Shown here: piece by piece, positions 38,601 through 50,400 of the stretch | How the letters are laid out: the number at the start of each line of letters is the position of its first letter | Position numbering within the stretch: the stretch's first letter is position 1 | Source of the DNA: Macrostomum lignano | Taxonomy: Eukaryota | Assembly: GCA_002269645.1 (NCBI GenBank) | Contig: NIVC01002344.1 | Coordinates: 1-64,000 of the forward strand | Direction: 5' to 3' | DNA: 64,000 nucleotides | Program-made: the position numbers and the translations under genes | The notes under the pieces: model-generated | What the model was told of the DNA's origin: nothing | Seen by the model: only the letters and a program-made list of their open reading frames with translations | The model's database searches: none

Positions 38601-39126
38601 AAGAACTTGATAATAATAATAATAATAATTAATAATAACTTGAGAGTTATAAATATTGTTAATTTATCAGGAAATTATCACGTTCGATCACAGCTGTCAA
38701 AAAAAGCATTGCGTTAACTAATTTTACCACTCGCTGGGGAGATGCGTCACTGCAAGCCCGAAATATCCCAAACACGAAATAGAAATATCATAACTCCAAA
38801 ACTTCTTGCAACGTCCAAATAATCCCGAAAACCAAAACTGCTGGGCGTTGCTAGAGCTTTAGGAGTTAGGGGGTTTGTGATTTTTCAGGTTTGTGATATT
38901 TTGGGTTGTCAACGGCGACTGTTTGCTTGAACATTATGACTTACATATCTTTATTTACTTGTACTTTTTGTACATGTACATGTACACTTATAGGCATGTA
39001 CACTTAACTGTGCCTTGGGGTTGGCCTTCAAATGCATTAATTTCACAAGCAGACCCAAGCCGAGATTCCAATTTGGCCCCATGTAAATGCACTTGAATTT
39101 CTGAATATAAAAGCTATAATAGGGAT

Positions 39127-39945
39127 TGTCACGTTATTTGATGTTGGCCGTGACCCTTAAAAGGGCCGTTTTAGTCCCAAAATAAGTTGAAGTCAACTAG
39201 GCGAAGTGGATGGTGTAGCGGAGCACTTGGCAATAAGGGCAGGAAACTGCCGTAGTCGTTTTTATTATCAATATAAATAGTAAGTTTGGTTGTTACTGGC
39301 AAATAACAAACTTTGGTTTCCTGGGCACTGGCGGCTGCAACAATGGTTTCTTTGAAGATAAATTGGATAGTCAAGTGACAGACGAACGGTGCAGTGGCGA
39401 TGTAACGTGATGAGCAATGGCAATGAGCACAGTGAAGGCAGTGAGACGCAGTAGGCAGGCAGATGAGCAGTGGCGAGGTTGGCGTCAGCCGTGGCGTGAG
39501 GTAAGGAGGCTCGAGGCAGCCAGACAGAGAAGGAAAACAAGGCTAGACAAGGCTAGGCAAGCCAGACGGGACGGAGGGCAAGCCTAAGGAGAGAGAACAC
39601 AGTACACAAGAACAGGGACGAGTGAAACCCCCCAGCCCGCCAGGCGAAGGTTTAATAAAGGAGCGCAGAGGGGGGGGGGGTAGCGCGAAGCACGAGTGAT
39701 TTTCATTGGCTGGCGAGAGAACTTAAAATTATCGATCGTGCCAATTTTATACGGTCGCGAGAGAGGATAGTAAAATATACAGTGAATTAGAAATTGCCAC
39801 AAAATCGTTGGACACTACTACAAGTAAACGTCGCAATAAACAAATGGAAAAGTTTAGTTGAAACGGTGAAACTGAAGGGTTGAAACTATAGAGAAACAGC
39901 AGTCCAACGGCCCTTTCGGGACCACCTTAAACTGACAACGTCACA
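39127..39945 (-). mobile_element. Solo LTR, family A, copy 1
   Basis: TGTCACG...CGTCACA termini (TG..CA), perfect 5-bp TSD GGGAT (39122-39126, 39946-39950), AATAAA on the minus strand. Homologous to 48372-49214. Confidence 0.85.
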
Positions 39946-41453
39946 GGGATCGACCGGAGAGCCCACTGCATGGCACCAATTAAAAAGAGCGCGTTAGACC
40001 ACGACATGCCCCCTTTCATATTCTTTCGCAACAATACTTTTGTTCGCTGATTTAACCTATTAAAAATAGTATCATCTTTTAGGAACACTAGAAAAGAAAA
40101 TGAGGTATATCACACGACATTTTTACTGATCTAAACTACATGTATAGATTCAACAGCTTTCGAGCCAAATCTAAAAAATATGTAAAGGCGCAATGAACAT
40201 ACCTGACCTGCATGTAGAGTAGTAAATTAATTAACTTTTATGTTTTTTCAAACACTTATATAGCTTATAATATAAAAGTATTTTCACATGACACACAGTG
40301 ATGACGAAAATCTTTTGTTAATAATTAGATCCTTCCTCTGAAAGGCTCTAGCTGCACATGCATGTACCTTACGCATGTCATTTTTTTCGAACATGCTGTA
40401 CATGTACTTCTTTGTAAAGCTAGATCTAGCCATTTTGCCGAGTTGTTTATATCTTGAGATGTCAATTCCCACTTTAACCTAGCTGCCACTTGACGCCTGC
40501 AAAGATCGTCATAGCTAGCTATCTTCTCGATCTCGGCTTTAGTATTTTAATTGCTTTACATTTGCTTACTTTTACATTATATTAAACAAAAATTTACGTA
40601 TAATAATATCAGCTTGAAATATAGAAAAAATGATCTACAGAAACTTGGCAATTCCTAAACTATCTGCAGATAAATAAATCAGTTTAAAATCTATATGCAT
40701 GCATTCATACAATGTTTCCTTAACAATGATCAGGGTTAGACCAGGGAGACGGACTGAATTTAATTATCTAATATGAGACCCACGAGACCAACAGCTGAAG
40801 AATCCGAATGTAGGCAACAATTAGACGATCAGTTGAGATTGATCGGTGAGACGGGAGTGAAATTTATTTTCACTCAATTGAGTCAATTGTACATGTAAAC
40901 TGAATAATTACAGCTAACTGAGACAATTTAGGCACATTATAGTGTGAGACATTCGATCGAAGCTTGGATATCAAAAACGACCTTAAAATGAGTTGAAGCA
41001 TGCATGCATGCATTGAAAATTCAAAGCACCTTTCAAGCCGTCATTTTCAATTTTGAGTAGTACAAGCTACATGTAGTTATCGAAACTGACATGCATATGT
41101 TGTACGAGTACATGGATGCATACTTTAGACTGCGCCGTCCTTTTAGTTTTAATTTGAACTCGCCGCCACCATTCATGACTTTTGAATCATTATACTAGAT
41201 ATGCACGCCTGAAAACGAGAAATAAATAGACTTGAAACTGCTTTTTATCCAAAGCAGACATATAGCACATCTTTATGGTACGAGCTAGCTTTTAACTTTG
41301 CAAATATAAAGGCTAGCGCTATTAGGAGTTTTTCGAGCAGAAGGGCTTTTCTGATAACTAAAAAAACGCAAAGTTCCATCGCTTCCCACAAAAGCGACTA
41401 ATTGGCCAACTACCTCGTAGATGGGCTTGCCCACTGGATTGCTAATACCGTAC

Positions 41454-41645
41454 CCTACTCAATGGCTTAACCTACTCAATGGCTTAACCTACTCAATGGC
41501 TTAACCTACTCAATGGCTTAACCTACTCAATACCTTAACCTACTCAATACCTTAACCTACTCAAAACCTTAACCTACTCAATACCTTAACCTACTTAATA
41601 CCTTAACCTACTCAATGGCTTAACCTACTCAATGGCTTAACCTAC
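41454..41645. repeat. 17-bp minisatellite (CCTACTCAATGGCTTAA)n
   Basis: Period 17, about 11 copies. Confidence 0.9.
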
Positions 41646-41658
41646 TTGTCTCAAACGA

Positions 41659-41850
41659 TGGATGTCTCAAATGATGGCTTAACTAACGCGTTATCAGTAA
41701 GATGATCAACGTGACTTCAGGTTAAGATTTTTTGCTGCAACAATCATATGCCTCGGATGGTTTAACTTTCTTAAACTTCATTTTAGATTTATTTTTCCAG
41801 ATCATATACAGCGATTTGCTAGTAGGTTGCAATGTATAATACGTCAGTTT
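41659..41850 (+). repeat. Left copy of a near-identical direct repeat of about 190 bp (right copy 44029-44218)
   Basis: GATGGATGTCTCAAATGATGGCTTAACTAACGCG...GGTTGCAATGTATAAT occurs twice with very few differences. Confidence 0.92.
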
Positions 41851-44028
41851 GAGGCAGGTATCTGACTCTAACTGGTTTTAAACCCCCCCCCCCCCCGCGC
41901 CGGCCTGGCCTCGCTTTGGTGGGTTGGTGGGGTGCTGGTGCTCTGCGTGCGTGCAGGGCTTAGGGCAGCCTCCCCCTCCGCTCTGTGCTATTTAGTCACG
42001 CGTCGCGACCGCTGAGTCGGCGTAATTTTGGCAAAATATTTTTAGCCTGCCTGATTTGCCAAGCACGGCACTCACAATGGACTCTACGTTAGGCAGCATG
42101 ACCGTGCAGGCCCTCAAAGATGCCTTACGCGAGAAGGCCTTACCTACAAGTGGCAATAAAGAAGAGCTGATAGGCCGCCTGCTCGCTGCAAGCCAGGCCG
42201 AACGAGCTCCCAGCGATGACGACGGTGACGACGACCAGGACGAGGATGACGTGCGCCGGGCTGCGCCAGCGGAGGAGGCCACAGAAGCGCAGATTAGGCA
42301 GACTCAGAAAAGGATCGAGCTGCTGAAACTGCAGAAGGCTGAGGCCCAGTTGCAGGATGAAGTGCAGTCGATCCGCAGTGGCGCCGCATCGTCCCCGCTG
42401 GCCAGAGGAGGGCCGGACATCTACGCCAGCCTGTTCGGGGACCAGAGCCGACAACCGAGGTTTGATTCGGCCGGAGCCCAGCGGCCCCATCAGCGCTGCT
42501 CATCCCGGAATTTCTGGACGAGAGGCAGCAGTCGGGAGGATGGCTGACACAGGAACGTGGTCGCCTGACTCTGAAAGGCGCAACGTCGAGCCTGTCCGGA
42601 GTCAACTTCGGCCAGTGGGTGGCTGCCAACGCGCGGATCATGCAGCGGCTGCTAGAGACCGGCCAGCTGGTGGCGCCCGGTACGGATGGACAGCCCGACT
42701 GCAAGAGGCTGAGCGCCTACCTCAACTTTAACATCCACATCGGCGAGCTGATCGACGCTGGCTACGACTGGAAGGTGGTGCTCCAGTACGACCAGGACAT
42801 CGCGACAGCACTCGCGACAGCGCGACTGGGGCAGCCCCGATCTGAACCTCATCATCAAGCATATGACGGCGCCCAAAAACCTGCTCGCTGCAAGCCAGGC
42901 CGAACGAGCTCCCAGCGATGACGACGGTGACGACGACCAGGACGAGGATGACGTGCGCCGGGCTGCGCCAGCGGAGGAGGCCACAGAAGCGCAGATTAGG
43001 CAGACTCAGAAAAGGATCGAGCTGCTGAAACTGCAGAAGGCTGAGGCCCAGTTGCAGGATGAAGTGCAGTCGATCCGCAGTGGCGCCGCATCGTCCCCGC
43101 TGGCCAGAGGAGGGCCGGACATCTACGCCAGCCTGTTCGGGGACCAGAGCCGACAACCGAGGTTTGATTCGGCCGGAGCCCAGCGGCCCCCATCAGCGCT
43201 GCTCATCCCGGAATTTCTGGACGAGAGGCAGCAGTCGGGAGGATGGCTGACACAGGAACGTGGTCGCCTGACTCTGAAAGGCGCAACGTCGAGCCTGTCC
43301 GGAGTCAACTTCGGCCAGTGGGTGGCTGCCAACGCGCGGATCATGCAGCGGCTGCTAGAGACCGGCCAGCTGGTGGCGCCCGGTACGGATGGACAGCCCG
43401 ACTGCAAGAGGCTGAGCGCCTACCTCAACTTTAACATCCACATCGGCGAGCTGATCGACGCTGGCTACGACTGGAAGGTGGTGCTCCAGTACGACCAGGA
43501 CATCGCGACAGCACTCGCGACAGCGCGACTGGGGCAGCCCCGATCTGAACCTCATCATCAAGCATATGACGGCGCCCAAAAACCTGCGAGCTGCTGGCCC
43601 AGTGGCGGTCGGTCAAGGAGTTCAGGGTCACCGTAACAGGGGCCAGCTGTCATCCGCTGGACAGGTCATCTGCGGCCTGTTCAATAGCAACAAAGGCTGT
43701 CACAGACACACCTGCAATTTCGCCCACATCTGCCGCATCTGCGAAGGGAGCCACTCAAAGCTGCAATACAGCTCGGTGGCTGCCGAATCAAAAAACTGAG
43801 CAAAGAGGCGGGTCGCGGCGGCACCAGTTTTAGCCCTAATCGGACGGCGTCTGATAGACAGTCCAAAATTTTAATTCCATGCGAGACAGCTGCTCGCCCT
43901 GCCACTCGCCCTGCCACTCGCCCTGCCGCTCGCCCTGCCGCTCGCCCTGCCGCTCGCCCTGCCGCTCGCCCTGCCGCTCGCACTGCCGCTCGCACTGCCG
44001 CTCGCACTGCCGCTCGCCATGCCACGAT
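41851..44028 (+). mobile_element. Truncated DIRS/Ngaro-type retrotransposon: gag-like ORF1 (ATG 42077, stop 43799) with SAP motif, 702-bp internal tandem duplication and frameshifts; no RT or tyrosine recombinase
   Basis: N-terminal SAP motif MTVQALKDALREKALPTSGNKEELIGRL. WKVVLQYDQ...WG segment and C-terminal ICGLFNSNKGCHRHTCNFAHICRICEGSH resemble DIRS-group ORF1. Duplication units 42178-42879 and 42880-43582. Confidence 0.72.
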
Positions 44029-44218
44029 GGATGGATGTCTCAAATGATGGCTTAACTAACGCGTTATCAGTAAGATGATCAACGTGACTTCAGGTTAAGA
44101 TTTTTTGCTGCAACAATCACATGCCTCGGATGGTTTAACTTTCTTAAACTTCATTTTAGATTTATTTTTCCAGATCATATACAGCGATTTGCTAGTAGGT
44201 TGCAATGTATAATTCAGT
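44029..44218 (+). repeat. Right copy of the approximately 190-bp direct repeat
   Basis: Matches 41659-41850. Confidence 0.92.
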
Positions 44219-44289
44219 TTATAGGCGTGCATCTAAATCGCAGAAATTGGTTGCCAACCATCACGCAGTTGCCGCGCAGAGTTGCTCAG

Positions 44290-44535
44290 TCAGCCACGCT
44301 GGTAGAGAGAGTCCAGTCGGGTCCGCGGTGTTACATTCAGGCGGGTAGACAAAGGCCAACAGGTGACACTCGAGCAGCCGCTGGGAGAAAATGGCGGCCT
44401 GACAGTCGACTCTGGCGCTGCACCGGAGCAGGCAGTCCGCATCGGACTGGGCAGAGACCTCCCAGATTGAAGTCTTCTCAGACGTCACCCGAGGGCTGGA
44501 CTGCTTCACTATCGTGTAGGTGTTTCTGTCCGGCA
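44290..44535 (-). pseudogene. PAN/apple-domain exon paralogous to 15031-15266, with 3' frameshifts; upstream exon not found
   Basis: DCLLRCSARVDCQAAIFSQRLLECHLLAFVYPP aligns to QCAARCSAKADCQAAVFSKRLLACHLLAYAYPP. Phase-1 acceptor CATACAG at 44536. Two 2-nt insertions lie before the paralogous TGA at 44290-44292. Confidence 0.7.
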
Positions 44536-44825
44536 CTGTATGTGAAAGGGCGCATAAGTTAAGCATTATCATTGGTGAATGCTCTGCTGCCCCAATAGTT
44601 CATCAACCGGTTAATGGTCAGGATGCTACAGTACGTAGCATTGATGTTTATCACGTCCAACTCTCTACTGTGGCAGAAGCTCTTTCAAAATCATACAACA
44701 GTGTGGGACGGAATTTTTGCGGGCTCGTAGTTAGGGTTCCTTAATTCCATTACTAAATCACTTAGGACATTGGATTAACTTCTGCGCTAGGGATCGATTG
44801 ATCGTTAGGGGGTTGCTGCTAGGGG

Positions 44826-45190
44826 GGGCCGTAGCCCAGCGGTAGCGCAGCTGCTCTGGTGTGCCAGCGACCCAAGCTCGATTCCAAGTCCAGTCACATT
44901 AATTTGGGGCTGGATTGGAATCTCGGCTTGGCTCTGCTCGTGCAATTAACGGCCTTGAGAGCCAACCCCCCAAGGCGCAGTGAAGTGTACATGCCTAACG
45001 ATAATATAAAGTTAGGGCCGCTGTACACTCCTGTGTGAGTGTGTGCCTGCGTAACGTATCCGCGCGCTTGTATGCCTGCTCAGGGGAGTCGGCGGAATGG
45101 GCAGTAATGCCTCTCGCCGGTTGTGTGCCTATGTCGCTTAAAGTGCGCCAGGGTGCACACAACCCCCCTGCCTCTAATAAAAAAAATAGG
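44826..45190 (+). mobile_element. tRNA-derived SINE, family B
   Basis: A-box TAGCCCAGCGG (44832), B-box GCTCGATTCC (44876), A-rich tail at about 45176-45189. Homologous copies at 49387-49855 (-) and 39003-39080 (-, fragment). Confidence 0.7.
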
Positions 45191-45679
45191 GGGTTGCTGT
45201 TGTTGAGCATGTTTGCGTGTTTTACAACTCACCAGGGTAACTCAGAGCGAACACCGAATTGCGTAATGTCCATCCGCATTTCTGCAGCGGATTTCCCGAG
45301 CAGTGATGGTCGCAGTCGCTCTCGTTGGCGTTTCCGTAGAGCCCGAAAGCTGCAGAACTCGTGAGAAGCCTAGCTCTGACGGTCTACGAAACAGCCCAGG
45401 TACCTGAAATGGACGAATCTGCAAGAAACGCAGGTGAGAATAGAGAAAAACAAAACAGACAGTCGCATTGGGCGAATCATTTGTTAAAATTGCTTGCTAA
45501 TTGAAGACGGGAGTATCCAACGCTAGTGACAGGTAATGCTCTTAGTTTTGTAGTCTCAAACCTGCTTGTTTCAGGCCAATAGCGTTGAGCCAATTATTTG
45601 AAAAGGTAAGTTTGCTTCGTCCAATCGGGTTTAAGAGATTTAACTGGTTTAATGTACACATGTCATCGTATGTTCAACA

Positions 45680-45900
45680 GTTATTGCCAAGTGGTTAGAG
45701 CGTCGGACGCAACGACTGAAAGGTCGGGGATTCGGCACAAGACACAATTTGTCTCTTTGAGCAAAACACTTACCTCTGCATTTTTCTGTTTTCCAAACTG
45801 CAAAATGGGTGCCGCCAGCATTAGCTGGGGTAATTGAGGGTGTGTATGGCGACTCCCCCCCCAGTCTTTGGACTAAACAGCCGTTTACAGCCGATTAAAC
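45680..45900 (+). mobile_element. CORE-type (MIR-like) tRNA-derived SINE
   Basis: A-box-like GCCAAGTGGTTAGAGCG, then TGTCTCTTTGAGCAAAACACTTACCTCTGC...CTGCAAAATGGG resembling the CORE domain. Second copy at 56455-56620 (-). Confidence 0.65.
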
Positions 45901-46055
45901 AATTTTTGGAAGTTAAGTAGCAAAGAACGCAAATTTTACTATTCACAAACATCAGTAGTATATTATAAGTTGGATACCTAGCTTCCAATATACCTAACAT
46001 ACGTACTTCCGATCAAGGACAACTAAAGCAACGTACATGTATATACAGAACGTGA

Positions 46056-47115
46056 CACTCGCGTTTCATGGTAAAAGTTTTGAAGGCCACTTTTCGCCGA
46101 AAAGTATACTACGAAGATAGGAAGGTTATTTTTGTCACAAAAATTGTTATTGCTTTCGATAGGAGGCAGACCCAATGCTCATCTTGTGATATGTTCTGCC
46201 TTTAATCTTATAGCTCTACTGATATTTATAAAGATTTTCGATCCGAAATTAGGGTTCTAAGTTAATTTTTATTCTACCTACAATTGCATATGTCCTGTGC
46301 CTAAAACAACAACAACAACAGAGTACGCTGCCAGTTCGCAAAAGCAGCGTCAGATGGCGCGCTTCGAAGCTTGGGCGCGAACAAAGGCCGCACCGCCGGC
46401 AGAGTCCGGGGCGCCGGCGTCAGCCAGCAGACAGTCGACGTAGCGCCGAGTCCTCGCCTGTCCCCGCCAGTAGGGTGCCTGCAACGTAAGTAGCAGCACC
46501 TCCTGCACCGGCTCCGAACAGTAGGCCTCGGCGCGGATGACGTGGCCTGCCAGCTGGAGTCGCCGACGGCGCAGCAGATCGCTAGGACGGGCCAGGCCGG
46601 CGCGATGATAGAGCGCCGTGTTGGTGACTCGCTCGTTGCCGATCTTGAAGGCGGCGCGCAGCAGGCCAGCGTGTGCCGCGTCGACTTGACGTGGCTCACG
46701 ACTTGACTCAGCGTGTGCCTAAAAACATTAAATGGCACGGCTCAGCTTATTTGTTCTTATGAATCTAATTTTTCATTCTTAGCTGACTGTATAACAATAC
46801 GTGTGACAGAGATGATAAAATAGATTCATGAACCAAAGATTCGTGTTGCGCCATGCATTTTTATGATTTTTAGGTGCAGGATCGAAATGTACGTAGAAGA
46901 AAAATTTACATAGAATATTAAGTTTCTGAACAAAAACCTTTATAAATATCTTTAGAGCTATAAGAAAGGCACAGCATATCAAAAGATAAACACTGGATCT
47001 GCCTCCTATCGAAAGCAATAACAATTTTAGTGCTGATAAAATGAAAATTCCTATCTCTGTAGTGTATTTTTCGGCGAAAAGTGGCTTTCAAAACATTTAC
47101 CATGGATTTCGAGTG
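46056..47115. mobile_element. Foldback/MITE-like element with imperfect terminal inverted repeats of about 200 bp, interrupted by a LINE
   Basis: Left CACTCGCGTTTCATGGTAAAAGTTTTGAAGGCCACTTTTCGCCGAAAA versus right TTTTCGGCGAAAAGTGGCTTTCAAAACATTTACCATGGATTTCGAGTG. Partial second copy at about 58059-58440. Confidence 0.8.
46307..46713 (-). mobile_element. 5'-truncated RTE-like non-LTR retrotransposon with (TGT)n tail and 11-bp TSD
   Basis: Minus frame ...LLRRRRLQLAGHVIRAEAYC...RGQARTRRYVDCLLADAG...RAI* (stop 46350-46352). TSD TGTGCCTAAAA at 46296-46306 and 46714-46724. Confidence 0.88.
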
Positions 47116-47432
47116 AATTGCTTCCTTCTACTTTGCCTACTACATCACTACGTACCTTCATCCCTATCATAGCTATAGCTACTGAGTTGTGAGTACTATT
47201 ATTTGCGTCTTTCGCTAAAAATTGGCTCAAAACGCATTAGTATCATATTCTGTGTTAGTATCTGCAGCCCGAGTAATAAGTTTGTCTATGGCAATCAAAA
47301 AAGTTAAAAGACATCAACTGTTATGCAGGTACGTGTATGCTTATAGATCAATTTGCATTGTTAGACGTATTTTTGAAGAAAAAAATCAACGATAAATATA
47401 TTATACTTTTTTAAGACAACAGACAGACTCAT

Positions 47433-50400
47433 ATGTTAAACATGAAACAAGTTTCGATGCTGTCTGCCTGTAAGATTCTACAGCCGCTAAAATGTTTTTC
47501 TGCATTTCTGGTCTGCCTATTGCTGATGGCACTACTGGCTCCAGCCAAGTCAGACATCTCTTACAGTGAGGCTGACAAAAAAGCTTTCGTTGACGTTCAC
47601 AACAAACTTCGGGGAAATGCCAAACCCGAAGCTGAAGCCATGAACGCTGTGGTAAGTCTAAATAGATTTACATAGATTTACATAGGTTTAAATATGTTTA
47701 TATATGTTTAAATAGGTTTAAATATGATTATTTTAAAGTAATTGTGTTTCAAATCACTATCAATATTAAATCCGTTCATAAGGATTAATAGAATTTGTTT
47801 CTCTGGACTACTTAGAGTTCTTTAAGTTTAGGGTTAGTTGTTTTAAGTAGTTTCAGTTTTAATAGGATCATAATTTCAATCTATGAATTAGGCCGTGTTT
47901 TTAATGGTTCTAATTTAAAGTTCGAGGGTGGGGAGAATCTTTACTTCATGGATATACGATTTGAACATTGAACCTGTTGATTTGGAATCATCGGTTCTGA
48001 GAATGTGAATGAGAATGTGAATATGAATATGAATGTGAATATGAATATGAATATGAATATGAATGTGAATATGAATATGAATATGAATACGAATACGAAT
48101 ACGAATATGAATGTGAATATGAATGTGAATATGAATATGAATATGAATACGAATACGAATACGAATATGAATGTGAATATGAATGTGAATATGAATATGA
48201 ATATGAATATGAATACGAATACGAATACGAATACGAATATGAATGTGAATATGAATGTGAATATGAATATGAATATGAATATGAATATGAATACGAATAC
48301 GAATACGAATACGAATACGAATACGAATATGAATGTGAATATGAATGTGAATATGAATATGAATATGAATATGTGACGTTGCCAGTTTGAGGTGGTCCCG
48401 AAAAGGGCCGTTGGACTGCTGTTTCTCTATAGTTTCAACACTTCAGTTTCACCATTACAACTAAACTTTTCCATTTGTTTATTGCGACGTTTACTTGTAG
48501 TAGTGCCCAACGATTTTGTGGCAATTTCTAATTCACTGTATATTTTGCTATCCTCTCTCACGACCGTATAATTTTGGCACGATCGATAATTTCAAGTTCT
48601 CTCGCCAGCCAATGAAGGCTCTCCGTGTTTGCGCTACCCCCTTTTGCGCTCTTTATTAAACCCCCCGCCTGGCGGCGGGCACTCCTCACTTGGACTCGGC
48701 CTCCCTCTTGTTGGTTCTTGTGTTCTGTGTTCTCTCTCCCTAGGCTTGTCCTCCGTCCCGTCTGGCTTGCCTAGCCTTGTCTAGCCTTGTTTTCCTTCTC
48801 TCTGTCTGGCTGCCTCGAGCCTCCTTACTTCACGCCACGGCTGACGCCAACCTCGCCACTGCTCATCTGCCTGCCTATTGCGTCTCACTGCCTTCACTGT
48901 GCTCATTGCCATTGCTCATCACGTCGCATCGCCATTGCACCGTTCGTCTGTCACTTGACTATCCAATTTATCTTCAAAGAAACCATTGTTGCAGCCGCCA
49001 GTGCCCAGAAAGCTATAGTTTGTTTATTGACATAAATTTTAACCAAGCCTAGTATTGATACTACCAATAAAACCAACTACGGCAGTTCCTGCCTCTATCG
49101 CCAAGTGCTCCGCTACAAAATCCGCTTACAAGAATTGACTTCAACTTATTTTGGGACTAAAACGGCCCTTTTAAGGCTCATCGCATAGCTGGCCGCTACG
49201 CCAATAACGTGACAAATGTGAATATGAATATGAATATGAATACGAATACGAATACGAATACGAATGTGAATATGAATGTGAATATGAATACGAATACGAA
49301 TACGAATACGAATGTGAATGTGAATGTGAATTTAAATGTGAATGTGAATGCAAGCAGCATGCAGTTAATAGCAATAAAGATTACGACACAACCGGCGAGA
49401 GGCATTAATGCCTATTCCGCGGACTCACCTCAAGGGAGGCACAGCAGGCACACAAGCGCGCGGATACGTACGCAGTCATACGCACAGGCACACACTTACA
49501 CAGGAGTGTACAGCGGCCCTATTCGTAGCTTTATTTATCAGTTAGGCATAACTGTGCCCTGGGGGTTGGCACTCAAAGGCAAGGGCGTTAATTGCACGAG
49601 CAGAGCCAAGCTGAGTTCCAAATTGGGCCCAAAATGTTTTATATGATATGCATTTTTGTTTTAAATGTTTGTGTTTTTCATTGTGCATCTTTTAAATTAG
49701 ATGGTGTCTCGCTTATGTTTGACATGAAAATTCTTTTTTGTTTTGGTTGTATGATGTTTCGTTTATGTTTTACAGGACGTTTTGTTTGACATGATTAATG
49801 TGAATGGAATCGAGCCTGGGCCGCTAGCATGTAACCACGCACTTTGTTGGGGGAGGCAACAAAGAAATAAATTCCAATTAATTTTAGTTACGCAACGATA
49901 AGGTTCTGTTGTTTGGGCGAATCTGGTATCTAGAGGAGGAGGGTCGTCCTTTGTTAGGATTAGTTAGGGACTTCTTTAAACTTAGGAATGACTTCTTCAT
50001 CTTGATAAAATATATTCAGCAACGTTGAAAAGTCGCCACTCTATGCGCCAGTGAGAAATTTCTCTTGGACTACGAGTATTTCTGAAATGTAAAAGATACG
50101 AGAAAACTGATCGGGGTAGCTTTAATCCGTCCAATCCTCGCACTCCGCTCCCCCACTTCATTCCTCAACTCAAGTCTGCCGCACTGCGTAGCTAAGTTGC
50201 GTCACTCGCAAATATTGAGAGACTTTACCTGCACTCTCAAAAGTGGCTAAAGTGTCTAGTGTCTACACGCACAAACTCCCACTTCCCCGACCTCAAGCCT
50301 GGGAACAGAATTAAGTGATCACTTACTGGTATGGGCTCCTCTTCTTTGTCGGGCAGGTTCATAGAGCTCGTCTCCTCAATTCATTCTTCCTCCGGAGTAG

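Noticed and set aside
45293-45432. Plus-strand exon-like segment with a CAG|GTGAGA donor
   Set aside because: Stops in all three frames between the putative acceptor and donor; no partner exon identified.
46301-46738. 145-aa minus-strand ORF in the supplied track
   Set aside because: Wrong frame; the meaningful translation is the ATG-less RTE-like frame ending at 46350.
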